Assembly: GCA_965213625.1 (NCBI GenBank)
Contig: CBDBZU010000004.1
Coordinates: forward strand, 544,001 to 608,000
DNA from: a bacterium
GTDB taxonomy: Bacteria > UBA8248
Reading direction: 5' to 3'
Length of the DNA: 64,000 nucleotides
Numbering within the stretch: position 1 is the first letter of the stretch; each line of letters opens with the position of its first letter. Shown here piece after piece: positions 39,853 through 49,785 of this stretch. Under the pieces are notes generated by a model. The model was not told the DNA's origin. It was given only the letters and a program-made list of their open reading frames with translations, and made no database searches. A program made the translations under genes and the position numbers.

Positions 39853-39974
39853 CACTACCTGGAAAACCAATTTCTCAATCCTTACGAGAGCCACTCCTGC
39901 GCACGCAGCGGTTCGCCCACTCCCCCGGCGTCTGCAGCCCTTTTCTGCTATCTTGGCGAGCAGGAGGAAGCGGT

Positions 39975-40601
39975 ATGGCTATCATCGACATCACCGTTCC
40001 CGTTCGCGAGGGGATGCCTCTCTGGCCGGGAGACCCGGACCTCAAAATGCGCTTTCATGCTTCTTTTGACGCAGGCGATGCTGTCTGCCTGACGGAAGCG
40101 AGCCTGTGCCTGCACACGGGCACGCACTTGGACGCGCCGGTTCACTTCCTGCCCGGTGCGGGCGGCGTGGAGGCGCTCTCTCTCAATACACTCATAGGCC
40201 CCGCCCGGGTGATCGAAATTGAAAACCACCAATGCATCACGGCGGAAGAGCTAAAGACCAAGAACCTGGTGGGTGCTACGCGCTTTCTCATCAAGACGCG
40301 CAATTCAAGTGAGAGATGGTGGAAGAAGCCGTTCGACCCCGATTTCTGCCACATGACGCCCGAAGCCGCGCAGCTATTGCTCGAAAATAGAATGACGCTG
40401 CTGGGCGTGGATTATCTCTCCGTCGACTCGCCCGAGGGAGATGCGCCCGTGCACCGGCTGCTGATGCCCCGCGGCGTCGTTTTGCTCGAAGGACTGAATC
40501 TAGGCGATGCGCCCGAGGGCGATTATGAACTCATCGCCCTGCCCGTCCTGTACACGGGGCGAGACGGCGCGCCCGCCCGCGCGGTATTGAGGACCCTCTA
40601 A
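39975..40601 (+). CDS. Cyclase family (kynurenine formamidase-like) metal hydrolase, copy 2
   Basis: HTGTHLDAPVH; tandem paralog of 39223-39852 with near-identical 3' end. Confidence 0.92.
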   Translation: MAIIDITVPVREGMPLWPGDPDLKMRFHASFDAGDAVCLTEASLCLHTGTHLDAPVHFLPGAGGVEALSLNTLIGPARVIEIENHQCITAEELKTKNLVGATRFLIKTRNSSERWWKKPFDPDFCHMTPEAAQLLLENRMTLLGVDYLSVDSPEGDAPVHRLLMPRGVVLLEGLNLGDAPEGDYELIALPVLYTGRDGAPARAVLRTL

Positions 40602-40676
40602 GGCGCTTGCCCCAAAACCGACTTTTGGGAAATACTCCCCCGCAAACCGGTATTCCAGTTCTTGATGAGGAGCCGC

Positions 40677-41456
40677 ATGGACACGTCCAGGGAACAGCGA
40701 GAGGCCGTACAGAAGATATACAACCAGGATTCGGACTACTACGTCACCAGCGCGCCCCACGCGCGGAGCAGCTCGCTCGCGCGCGCAGCCGAGGTGCTGA
40801 ATCCGAGCGGCGGCGTCCACCTGGACATCGCCACGGGCGCGGGCCACACGGCCTACCAGATGGCGGAGGAGTGCCGCCACGTCATTGCGAGCGATTTGAC
40901 CGCCGGCATGCTCGACTCCGCGCGCAGACTCGGGACCGAGAGAGGCATCGGGAACGTCTCGTATCTCAGGACCGACGCCGAGAACATCGCCGTTCAGACG
41001 GGTGCGCTCGATTCGGTATCGGTGCGCATCGCGCCGCATCATTTCCCGGACGTTCCGGCCTCGATGCGCGAGATGTTCCGGGTGCTCAAGCCCGGCGGCA
41101 GGCTCGTCTACATCGACAACATCGCACCCGAAGAACCCAGGGAACTCGACAGTTACAACGATTTCGAGCGCCTGCGCGACCCGAGCCACAACCGCTGCGA
41201 CAGCCTGCCCGGCCTGGTGGAGATGCTGGAAGCCGCCGGTTTCCGCGTACTTTATTCCGAGACCCTGAGGAAGAAGATGGTGCTCTCCCATTGGGTGCAG
41301 CGCCCCCACCTCACGAATGAGGACAAGGCGTCGCTTCGCGAATATCTCGAAAACGCATCGCCCGCGATATCCTACTGGCTCGACCCGCGAGAGGAAGACG
41401 GCGAATACGTATTCGACGAGCAGGAAGCCGTCATCCTCGCCGAACGTCCTGCATGA
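40677..41456 (+). CDS. Class I SAM-dependent methyltransferase
   Basis: LDIATGAGHT, DAE, RIAPHHF, RVLKPGG, RDPSH. Confidence 0.9.
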   Translation: MDTSREQREAVQKIYNQDSDYYVTSAPHARSSSLARAAEVLNPSGGVHLDIATGAGHTAYQMAEECRHVIASDLTAGMLDSARRLGTERGIGNVSYLRTDAENIAVQTGALDSVSVRIAPHHFPDVPASMREMFRVLKPGGRLVYIDNIAPEEPRELDSYNDFERLRDPSHNRCDSLPGLVEMLEAAGFRVLYSETLRKKMVLSHWVQRPHLTNEDKASLREYLENASPAISYWLDPREEDGEYVFDEQEAVILAERPA

Positions 41457-42832
41457 GCACCGACGAAACAAAGCGCATCCGCCGCCTGACGGACGCGGAC
41501 AGAAAGCACCTCTGGCATCCCTTCACTCCCATGGACGAATGGGAGAGTGAGGACCCGCCGCTCATCGTCGAGCGCGGCGAGGGGGCGTACCTCATCGACG
41601 TGGAGGGCAACCGCTACCTAGACGGCGTATCTTCCTTGTGGGTGAACATCCACGGGCACCGGAAAAAAGAGATAGACGAGGCCGTTCGCGCACAGCTCGG
41701 GCGGATCGCCCACACCACCCAGCTGGGCATGGCGAACCCCCAGGCGGTCGAACTCGCGGAGAAACTCACGCAAATTGCACCGGCAGGCCTCACCAGAGTC
41801 TTTTATTCGGATTCAGGGGCCACGGCGGTGGAAATCGCGCTCAAGATGGCCTTTCAGTACCAAAAGCAAAGAAAAACGCCAAAACCTGAAAAAGACAGGT
41901 TCCTGACGTTAAACCTCGCATACCACGGTGATACGGTTGGCGCGGTGTCTCTGGGCGGCATCGACCTGTTCCACCACATCTTCGGGCCCTTGCTCTTCAA
42001 AACGATGCGGGCCGAGGCGCCCTATTGCTTCTGGTGCCCAAGAGGGGCCGAACGCCCGCCGTGCCCGGTCTGTTCGGGCGATGAAATCGTACAGCAAATC
42101 GAGGAAAACGCGCCCCACCTCGCCGCCGTGGCCGTGGAACCCATGGTGCAGGGAGCAGCGGGGATAATCACCCAGCCGCCCGGCTTTCTCCGGAAAGTGC
42201 GTGAGGCGTGCACGGCGCACGACGTGCTCCTCATCGCCGATGAGGTGGCCACCGGCTTCGGGCGCACCGGCCCCATGTTCGCCTGCGAGCACGAGGGCGT
42301 TGCGCCCGACATACTGTGCCTCGCCAAGGGAATTACGGGCGGCTATCTGCCGCTGGCAGCGACGCTCGCGACCGAGGAGATCTTTGGCGCCTTTCGCGGC
42401 CCGCCCGAGATGGGCCGCACGTTTTTTCACGGGCACTCCTACACGGGAAACCCCCTGGGCTGCGCCGCGGCACTGGCGAACCTCGAGATTTTCGAGCGGG
42501 AAAACACCATCGAAACAAACCGTGCGAAGATAGCGCATCTGTGGAGCGAACTCGAAAAACTGAAAAACAACCCCCACGCGGGCGAGGTGCGCGGCCTGGG
42601 CTGGATGGTGGGCGTGGAACTCCTGAAGGACAAGGCTACGAAGGAGCCCTACACGCCTGCCGAGCGCAAAGGGCGGGCGGTCATCCTGGCGGCGAGAAAG
42701 CGCGGCCTCGCCGTGCGGCCCCTGGGCGACGTTGTCGTCCTGATGCCGCCTTATTGCGTGACGAACGAAGAGATAAGCCGGATGGTGGGCGTTCTGGATG
42801 AATCCATACGCGAGACGTGCGCGGCGGACTAG
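41453..42832 (+). CDS. bioA: Adenosylmethionine-8-amino-7-oxononanoate aminotransferase
   Basis: HLWHPFT, DGVSSLWVNIHGH, YHGDT, ADEVATGFGRTG, AKGITGGYLP, HGHSYTGNP. Confidence 0.95.
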   Translation: MSTDETKRIRRLTDADRKHLWHPFTPMDEWESEDPPLIVERGEGAYLIDVEGNRYLDGVSSLWVNIHGHRKKEIDEAVRAQLGRIAHTTQLGMANPQAVELAEKLTQIAPAGLTRVFYSDSGATAVEIALKMAFQYQKQRKTPKPEKDRFLTLNLAYHGDTVGAVSLGGIDLFHHIFGPLLFKTMRAEAPYCFWCPRGAERPPCPVCSGDEIVQQIEENAPHLAAVAVEPMVQGAAGIITQPPGFLRKVREACTAHDVLLIADEVATGFGRTGPMFACEHEGVAPDILCLAKGITGGYLPLAATLATEEIFGAFRGPPEMGRTFFHGHSYTGNPLGCAAALANLEIFERENTIETNRAKIAHLWSELEKLKNNPHAGEVRGLGWMVGVELLKDKATKEPYTPAERKGRAVILAARKRGLAVRPLGDVVVLMPPYCVTNEEISRMVGVLDESIRETCAAD

Positions 42833-42859
42833 CGGACGAAACCATACGCTCGACTCGCC

Positions 42860-43025
42860 AACCCCCCCTACCCCCCCCCCCTTAACAGGGGGGTAAAGTC
42901 AAAACCCCTCGACAGGAATTCGCTTTCCATCATCTGGGCCATGACGCTAATCAGGGAAATAAAGGCGATGCGCCCCGGCGAGGGGGTGAAAGAAAAGCCC
43001 CCCTGTCAAGGGGGGTTGGGGGGTT
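42860..43025. repeat. C/G-run inverted-repeat element (MITE-like)
   Basis: CCCCTTAACAGGGGGG at left and CCCCCCTGTCAAGGGGGG at right form an imperfect terminal inverted repeat. Confidence 0.6.
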
Positions 43026-43117
43026 CGGGGGGAATCCATTCGCGAGGCGCGCGCCTAACGCAAATTACAGGAAGCTGTTGAAAAACCTAGCATGCGACCC
43101 CTATGAAGATCGCTCCC

Positions 43118-43891
43118 TTACCGGGAGTTTCCCGGTGCGCCCACCGCGTCCACGTCGGGTTTTTTCTGCGGCACGCCCACCGGATTGACAGGAGCGCTTC
43201 CCACCGGCGGGAGGGACTCCTTCGGCACACCTACGGCGCTCGCAGGAGGCTCCGGGGTGGCCGTGGCGGCTGCGCCGCTTTGCGCTTCCGCTCCCCCTGA
43301 GGCGGGCGCGACTACCCTGTCCGATATCAACTCCTCGCGCACCCGGAGCGGACCGGTGATGGCGAACGAACCGGCGATGCTCTGCGCCTCCTGCCCCCCG
43401 ATGAGCAGCACGACGCGGTCGAAGAGATCCGGGAAATTCTTGACCACGGCGCCGGTAACGGCGTTGGCGGTCATCAACTCCGCCCACACGCCGCCCGGGT
43501 GCGCGTCGCGCAAGGTCTCGTCGAAATCGACGTAGGCGATCCCGTCCGGCCCCGGGAACGTGGCGCGCAGCTTCGCGCCTTTCGGGATAACCGGCGCGTA
43601 CCCCTCCCCCTGGGGTCCGGCGATGAGGGCGGTCAGCAGGTTGCGCAGGGTATCGATGTTGTCTTTCCCTATCTCCACTTCCACAGGGTACGCGACCAGC
43701 AGGTCTTCCTCCGCATCCGCGAAATAAAGCGTCTTCTTTACGCTCGGCGCGCGCGATGCGCCTCGACGCGCGGGGTCGAGCGCGGCGTCGCGGCCCCGCT
43801 CCAGGAAGTCCAGAACGGCTTCCTGATAATTCCATACGAGCGCTCCGCTCACCACGATGATCAAAACGCCCAGCGCGAGTTTCCTGACCAC
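43118..43891 (-). CDS. GerMN domain membrane protein
   Basis: N-terminal TM, TLYFAD, LIAGP, AYVDF, Pro/Ala-rich tail; follows the amidase. Confidence 0.85.
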   Translation of the reverse strand: MVRKLALGVLIIVVSGALVWNYQEAVLDFLERGRDAALDPARRGASRAPSVKKTLYFADAEEDLLVAYPVEVEIGKDNIDTLRNLLTALIAGPQGEGYAPVIPKGAKLRATFPGPDGIAYVDFDETLRDAHPGGVWAELMTANAVTGAVVKNFPDLFDRVVLLIGGQEAQSIAGSFAITGPLRVREELISDRVVAPASGGAEAQSGAAATATPEPPASAVGVPKESLPPVGSAPVNPVGVPQKKPDVDAVGAPGNSR

Positions 43892-43892
43892 C

Positions 43893-44798
43893 CTATCGAC
43901 CCTCCCCCGCAGGCGGAGCGGCGTTTTGCTCCTCAGGCGCACTCTCACCGGGCTGCGGCGATTCAGACGGCGCGGCCCGGGATTCAGCAGTTTCAGGCTG
44001 CTGCGGCATCTCGGGCGCCTCCGATGATTCGCTCGGCACGGGCTCGGCAGGCGCAGGCGGTTTGGGCGGCAGGTCTTCGGTGAGGCCCGCGAACTTGAGC
44101 ACCGCTTTGGCGAGCGCCGTCAAGTAGGGGTCATCCTCCGCTATTTCGATCAAGCGCGCCTCGTCCTCGGGCGTGCTGATGACGCCCAGGCTCACGTAGG
44201 CCGCCGGCATGCGCGCGCCCTCGAGATCGCGCACAGCCAGAATGCGGAGCGGTGGTTTTTCGTCCGGACGAATGGCGGCGAAGCGCCTCTGCAGGCTCAG
44301 CGCGAAGCGGCGGTTCGAGGCCAGATGGATGTTCTGGCTCCGCTGCCAGCGAAACGCCACGGCCTGGGCCGCTTCTCCCGCCACGCGCGGCGGTCGCCTG
44401 GGCGCCGCCACCATGATGGCCGGCCCACGCGCGCCGGGCCGCCAGGAGGCGTCCGCATGAATGGTGAGGAACAAGGAGGCGGCGTTGTAGTTCGCCACCG
44501 AGGCGCGCTGCACGGCGGTCATTTCCGTATCGGCCTCGCGCGTCAGGATCGTCTTCACCTCGGGGCGTCTGGATAAGAGCGCGGCCAACAGGCCCGCCGC
44601 CCGCAGGGTGAAATCCTTCTCCTTTAGCAGCGCGCCGCGGCTGCCCGCGTCCCGCCCCCCGTGCGCGGGGTCGATCACCACGACGAAAGGCGCCGAAGTT
44701 GCAGGCGCGCCCGGCTTCGCAGTCGCGGCATAGGCGTCGCCGCAAGTGATGAGGCTCACGAACCATAGCGTAAGAATGATGAGGCTGAATCGTCTCAA
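43893..44798 (-). CDS. N-acetylmuramoyl-L-alanine amidase (Amidase_3)-like protein
   Basis: Signal peptide, IDPAHGG.D.G, EKD, LTR, TIHAD; TTG start after GGAGGAG. Confidence 0.85.
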   Translation of the reverse strand: MRRFSLIILTLWFVSLITCGDAYAATAKPGAPATSAPFVVVIDPAHGGRDAGSRGALLKEKDFTLRAAGLLAALLSRRPEVKTILTREADTEMTAVQRASVANYNAASLFLTIHADASWRPGARGPAIMVAAPRRPPRVAGEAAQAVAFRWQRSQNIHLASNRRFALSLQRRFAAIRPDEKPPLRILAVRDLEGARMPAAYVSLGVISTPEDEARLIEIAEDDPYLTALAKAVLKFAGLTEDLPPKPPAPAEPVPSESSEAPEMPQQPETAESRAAPSESPQPGESAPEEQNAAPPAGEGR

Positions 44799-44937
44799 GG
44801 GTCTCCTCCCGTAACGGCACCAAACTACCACTTCAGGGAATAGGAAACCAACCGGGAGGGGGGAGCGTTGCGATGGTATGCGAATGAGGCGTCGGTCAGT
44901 AGTTTTTTGTCCACACAAGAAACGCGAAGCCGGTTTT

Positions 44938-44965
44938 GTAGGGACAGGTCGCGACCTGTCCCTGC
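44938..44965. repeat. GTAG-type REP palindrome
   Basis: GTAGGGACAGGTCGCGACCTGTCCCTGC. Confidence 0.75.
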
Positions 44966-45108
44966 CGGATATTTAGACGACCGACAAGAGTGAGGACAAC
45001 ACTCCCCTTGAGGGGTCGGGCATACCGAGGGGAATGCCTGATGAAAAAGTCCGAGAAAACTGAACCACTCCTGCCTTGCAGAGCGCCAACCAATCACTCC
45101 CCCCTCAA

Positions 45109-46628
45109 GGGCCTGTTGAAAAACCCCCGGTATTATGATTGGGTGTAAGGACACTATCTCGCCCGAGATGGGAGTTCCCTCGATGATAGGCAGGAAGAGG
45201 CGCGAGCAGATGGATTTGTTCGTGGCCGGTTCGCTGGATCGGCTGATCCCCGAGGATCACGTTCTGTACCGCGTGCATGAGGTGCTGGATTTGAGTTGGC
45301 TTCGGGAGGAGGTGGCGGATTGCTATTGCGCGGACAACGGTCGTCCGGGTATCGACCCGGAGGTGGCGGTTCGCCTGATGCTGGCGGGTCTTCTGCTGGG
45401 CTACGTTCACGACCGTCGCCTGCTTCGTGAAGCGAAGGCGCATCTGGCGATCCGGTGGTTCATCGGATACGGGCTGCACGAGGAGTTGCCGGACCATTCG
45501 AGCCTGACGCGGATTCGTCAGCGTTGGGGGGAGGCTCGGTTCCGGGCGATATTCCGCCGGACGGTGCAGGCGTGCCTGGAGGCGAATGTGGCGAAGGGGG
45601 AGGTGGTTCACGTGGACGCCTCGTTGATACGCGCGGACGTGAGCTGGGATAGTCTGGCGGCGCATCATGCGGAGAAGGTGATTCGGGAGAACCCCGTGGA
45701 GGAGAAGAGCGGGAAGAAGGGCGGAGGCCGCGGCGGCGGGGGACCGGTGAGCCGGACAGACCCCGACGCGCGGCTCGCGCGCAAGAGCGCGCGGGCGAGG
45801 TTCGAGCCGAGCTACAAGCACCACGCGGCGGTGGACGATGAGCGGGGCGTGGTTCTCGACGTGACGGTGACGGAGGGGACGTTGAACGAGCGTGAGATGA
45901 TGGCGTCCCATATAGAGGCGGTAAGCGAGTTGTCGGGCCGCGCGCCCTCGGTGGTGACGGCGGATTCGGGGTATGCGTACTCGAAGGTCTACGCGGCGTT
46001 GGAGCCTCTGGGCGTGGCGGGGGTGATACCGGCGAAGAAAGAACCCACGCAGAGCCGTGTTCCGTTGCGGCTGTTCCGCTACGACGCGCGCCACGACTTG
46101 GTGAAGTGTCCGCGCGGCAAGAAGCTTCGCCCCCGGCGGAGCGAGGAGCGGGGGCGCTACTATGGTTCGAGGACGCGTGATTGCGCGGGCTGCGCGCTCC
46201 GGGCGGATTGTCTGCCGCAGGCGCGGTCGAGCAAGGAGGTTTTGATTCCCAACGCGTATCTGGCGCTGTTGCGCGCGCGCCGGCGGCATGCGCGTTGGGG
46301 GGAGGAGGAGCGCCGGCTGTGGCGCCGGCACATGGGGCGCTCGGAGGGTTATCACGGGGAAGCGAAGAGTTGGCACGGACTGGGGCGGGCGGTGCGTCGG
46401 GGCCTTGCGAACATGAAGATTCAGTCCTACCTGACGGCGACTGCGGTGAACCTCAAGCGGCTGGCCGCCGCTTTTGCGGCGCGTATATTCGCCCTCTGGA
46501 GGGCCTACGCCGCCCGGAGACGCCGTCTGCGCGTTCATCGCGCCCTCGCGCGCTGATTGGGATCCCTCCCCGCCGCCGCGTGAACCGCCAGAACACCCGC
46601 TTCAAAAAAGGGGTTTTTCAACAGACCC
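45109..46628 (+). mobile_element. IS1182-family insertion sequence
   Basis: TIRs GGGCCTGTTGAAAAACCCC / GGGGTTTTTCAACAGACCC flank one transposase; exact ends ambiguous because the flanks are also palindromic. Confidence 0.88.
45183..46556 (+). CDS. IS1182-family DDE transposase
   Basis: LIPEDH, GRPGIDP, PDHSSL, VDAS, TDPDA, ADSGY, Cys cluster, SEGYHGEAK..HGL. Confidence 0.92.
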   Translation: MIGRKRREQMDLFVAGSLDRLIPEDHVLYRVHEVLDLSWLREEVADCYCADNGRPGIDPEVAVRLMLAGLLLGYVHDRRLLREAKAHLAIRWFIGYGLHEELPDHSSLTRIRQRWGEARFRAIFRRTVQACLEANVAKGEVVHVDASLIRADVSWDSLAAHHAEKVIRENPVEEKSGKKGGGRGGGGPVSRTDPDARLARKSARARFEPSYKHHAAVDDERGVVLDVTVTEGTLNEREMMASHIEAVSELSGRAPSVVTADSGYAYSKVYAALEPLGVAGVIPAKKEPTQSRVPLRLFRYDARHDLVKCPRGKKLRPRRSEERGRYYGSRTRDCAGCALRADCLPQARSSKEVLIPNAYLALLRARRRHARWGEEERRLWRRHMGRSEGYHGEAKSWHGLGRAVRRGLANMKIQSYLTATAVNLKRLAAAFAARIFALWRAYAARRRRLRVHRALAR

Positions 46629-46804
46629 TTGAGGGTCGGTCTATCCTCCTCGGGTAGACCGACGACGAGGTAAGGGCGTAGCCCGCAAGCGAGTCGGTGG
46701 GGGGTATAACTCGGAATGTCGATAAATCGCATTTTACCCCCCACGCATCAGCCTTCGCACAAACCGCTCGGCTTCTGCTACTCCCCCTCAAGGGGGGAGT
46801 GATT
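46626..46804. repeat. CCCCCTCAAGGGGGGAGTGA-terminated MITE-like repeat interrupted by the IS
   Basis: Right end CTCCCCCTCAAGGGGGGAGTGATT is the inverse of AATCACTCCCCCC at 45092; related fragments at about 32395 and 45000. Confidence 0.65.
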
Positions 46805-46827
46805 CCCGACCCTCGAGAATGTTCATC

Positions 46828-47018
46828 GTAGGGACAGGCCTCCGTGCCTGTCCTGATGAAAGGGGCTGTCTGACGGGTTCCTAAAAACGGGCGGGCACAG
46901 GGGCCCGCCCCTACGGGTTTGTTTCGATACGCGAGAGGACCATAGGGACAGACCTGTGTGTCCACCCCATCGCCCGATTGCCAAGAAAAAACGGGAGAAC
47001 ACGCAGGTTCTCCCCTAC
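46828..47018. repeat. Two REP doublets (REPIN-like)
   Basis: GTAGGGACAGGCCTCCGTGCCTGTCC...GGGCGGGCACAGGGGCCCGCCCCTAC (46828-46914) and a second doublet ending CCCCTAC (46942-47018). Confidence 0.8.
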
Positions 47019-47159
47019 GAAGACACAATTATTGCGTAGCCATGACAACCCCCTGTGGTCGCCCTGCGCCACTCCCCTCGCTCGAAAAATCATCGTCGCT
47101 GTAATAGACTACGAGCATCGCCCGGAACCGCCCGCACCCAAAACCCGTGAGAGGAACCC

Positions 47160-48458
47160 ATGACAGCGACACTTGAACGCTTCTTCGGACTGGCGCAGCG
47201 CGGCACCACCGTGCGGACGGAAGTTATGGCAGGCGTGACGACGTTCCTGACGATGGCCTACATCGCCTTCGTGAACCCGCAGATCCTCTCCAGCGCGGGC
47301 ATGCCGTTCGACGCGGTGTTCGTCGCCACCTGCCTCTCGGCTGCGTTCGCCACGCTGATAATGGGTCTTTACGCCAACTACCCGATCGCCCTGGCGCCGG
47401 GCATGGGGCTCAACGCGTTCTTCGCCTTCAGCGTCGTGCTCGGTCTCGGCCACAAGTGGGAGGTCGCGCTTGGCGCGGTCTTCATTTCCGGCTTGTTGTT
47501 CCTGGCGATCAGCATACTGCCGGTGCGGCGCTGGATCGTCGAGGCGATACCGCAGGGACTGAAGCTCGCCATTGCGGCCGGGATCGGACTGTTCCTGGGC
47601 ATCATCGCGCTCAAGAACGCCGGCATCATCCAGGGCAGCAAGGCGACGCTTGTCACCGTAGGCCATCTGACGACGCCCGGGCCGCTGCTGTGCCTGCTCG
47701 GCTTCTGCCTCATCGTGGCGCTCGCCGCGCGCAAGGTGCCGGGCGCAGCACTCATCGGGATGCTGGCCGTCGCTGCCGCCGGCCTGATTTTCGGCGTTTC
47801 CGAATGGAAGGGCATCGCCTCGCTGCCACCCGACCCGACGCCGACGCTCCTCGCCCTGGACATCGCCGGCGCGCTTCAGGTGAGCATGCTCGCCGTGATT
47901 CTCACGTTCCTGCTCGTCGACCTGTTCGACACGACGGGCACGCTCATCGGCGTGGCGCACCAGGCGAACCTCCTCGATGAGGAAGGACGGCTCCCGCGCA
48001 TGCAGCGCGCACTGATCGCCGATTCGGCGGGAACGGTGGGAGGCGCCCTGCTCGGCACCTCGCCCGTCACGAGCTACATCGAGAGCGCCGCCGGGGCCGG
48101 CGCGGGCGGTCGCACGGGCCTGAGCGCAGTCGTCGTGGCCGTCCTGTTCCTCGCCTGCCTGTTCTTCGCTCCGCTCGCAGGCTCGATACCGCCCTACGCG
48201 ACGGCGGCGGCCATCCTATACGTGGCGTGCCTGATGGCGCGCCCGCTCATGGACCTGGACTGGGGCGACGTGACCGAATCGGCAGCCGCGATCATGACCG
48301 TCATCGCCATACCGCTGACGTTCTCCATCGCCGACGGCATCGGCCTGGGCGTCATCACCTACGTGCTGATCAAACTGATGGCGGGACGCGGAAGCGAATG
48401 CTCGCCGACGCTGTACGGGGTAGCGCTTCTGTTCGCCGTGAAGTTCGCGTGGCTGTGA
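47160..48458 (+). CDS. NCS2/AzgA-type purine permease
   Basis: AGVTTFLTMAYI..VNP, APGMGLNAFF, FDTTGT, SYIESAAG...GGRTG. Confidence 0.93.
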   Translation: MTATLERFFGLAQRGTTVRTEVMAGVTTFLTMAYIAFVNPQILSSAGMPFDAVFVATCLSAAFATLIMGLYANYPIALAPGMGLNAFFAFSVVLGLGHKWEVALGAVFISGLLFLAISILPVRRWIVEAIPQGLKLAIAAGIGLFLGIIALKNAGIIQGSKATLVTVGHLTTPGPLLCLLGFCLIVALAARKVPGAALIGMLAVAAAGLIFGVSEWKGIASLPPDPTPTLLALDIAGALQVSMLAVILTFLLVDLFDTTGTLIGVAHQANLLDEEGRLPRMQRALIADSAGTVGGALLGTSPVTSYIESAAGAGAGGRTGLSAVVVAVLFLACLFFAPLAGSIPPYATAAAILYVACLMARPLMDLDWGDVTESAAAIMTVIAIPLTFSIADGIGLGVITYVLIKLMAGRGSECSPTLYGVALLFAVKFAWL

Positions 48459-48505
48459 GGTAAGAGGACGCGCGAGATGGAATAACGGCAATAGCTACAT
48501 CTTCC

Positions 48506-48588
48506 GTAGGGACAGGCCCCCGTGCCTGTCCTGACAAAGGGTAAGGTAGTCTGCTCCAATACGGGCGGGCACAGGGGCCCTCCCCTAC
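48506..48588. repeat. REP doublet (REPIN-like)
   Basis: Same family as 46828-46914, GTAG...CTAC bounded. Confidence 0.8.
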
Positions 48589-48852
48589 GAATTCGGATCT
48601 AAACGCGAAATGCCCGGAGTCGATAAGGCGCAAAATCCTGTCCGGGGACCGGCGTGTCCGCCCTGTCCCAAAGTTGTCCGCATTTCGTCTACGTCGGCAT
48701 GAGGGCGGCGCAATAAAGTCCGATGGATTGTAGGGGTCGCATAAATGCGACCCGCAAGCCACGAACCGGTCGGGCCGATGGGGTGGACGCCCCCTTCCGG
48801 CAGTTTAGAATGTGGCGAGGCAACGTCACACACCGCCCGGAAGGAGGCATCC

Positions 48853-49533
48853 ATGGAAGGAGTCTACATCATCGGCATCGACTTGGCGAAAAACAGTTTT
48901 CAACTCCACGGGGCGCGCGCGGACGGTTCGGTAGCGTTCCGCAAGAAGCTCGGTCGGGCGGGTCTGCTGAACTTCCTGGCCAAACAGCCGCGCTGCGTGG
49001 TGGCGATGGAGGCGTGCGCGGGGGCGCACCGCTGGGGCCGTGAGATTGCGAAGCTCGGCCACGAGGTTCGGCTCGCGCCGCCGGCCTACGTGAAGCCGTA
49101 CGTGAAGCGCCACAAGAACGACGCGGCGGACGCGGAGGCGCGGCGTCTGATGCGTATCCCGGGGGTGGGTCCGGTTACGGCGTCTGCGATCCGTGCCTTC
49201 GCGCCGCCGATGGAGAACTTCCGGCGGGGCCGGGACTTCTCGGCCTGGCTGGGACTGGTGCCCCGGCAACACTCGACGGGGGGCAAGCCCCGCCTGGGCC
49301 GGGTATCGAAGATGGGCCAGCGCGACGTGAGGCGGCTGTTGGTCACGGGCGCGATGTCGGTGATTCGCCAGGCGCTCCGGCGCGGCGCGCCGCCGGGTTC
49401 GTGGCTGGCCCGGATGCTGGCGCGCAAGCCGAGGATGCTCGTCGCGGTGGCGCTGGCCAACAAAATGGCGCGCATCGCGTGGGCGCTGATGCGGAACAAG
49501 GACGACTACAGGGAACCGGCGCCCCTCGCCTGA
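48853..49533 (+). pseudogene. IS110 transposase with in-frame internal deletion (226 aa)
   Basis: GIDLAK, MEAC, KNDAADAEA joined directly to RRLMRIPGVG; HSTGG present; central coiled-coil region missing. Confidence 0.85.
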
Positions 49534-49539
49534 GCGGCG

Positions 49540-49785
49540 GGCGCGCGGATAGAGCCGGGAGGAATGTGGGCAGGCCACAGGAGGAGTAAGGGCAAACGGT
49601 CATCGAGACGGGGTCGGGGCAACCAGTTACATGCGACGAGCGAACCATCGAGCTCGCCGGGCCGATTCGGACCCGACCCGCGCATCTCCATACGGGCCCG
49701 CGGCCGTTACGAAGCGCCGCAACGAAGAGGCCGAATGTACGACTGAGTCGAACCGCTTTGCGCCGAACCCTCCCAAAAAACCGCT
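49540..49785 (+). ncRNA. Putative bridge/seekRNA of the IS110 element (ends approximate)
   Basis: Stem GGGTCGGG/CCCGACCC encloses TACATGCG and CGGGCCG matching the target; ATGTACG matches the donor junction. Confidence 0.75.

Noticed and set aside
39223-40601. Cyclase genes as nucleotide cyclases partnering the TIR gene (Pycsar/CBASS)
   Set aside because: They carry HxGTHxDxPxH of kynurenine formamidase-like hydrolases, unrelated to nucleotide cyclases
45105-46538. Long antisense and shifted-frame ORFs (e.g. 45105-46538 minus, 33979-34977 plus, 37277-38503 plus)
   Set aside because: They shadow well-supported genes, are Arg/Ala/Pro-rich and are expected in high-GC DNA
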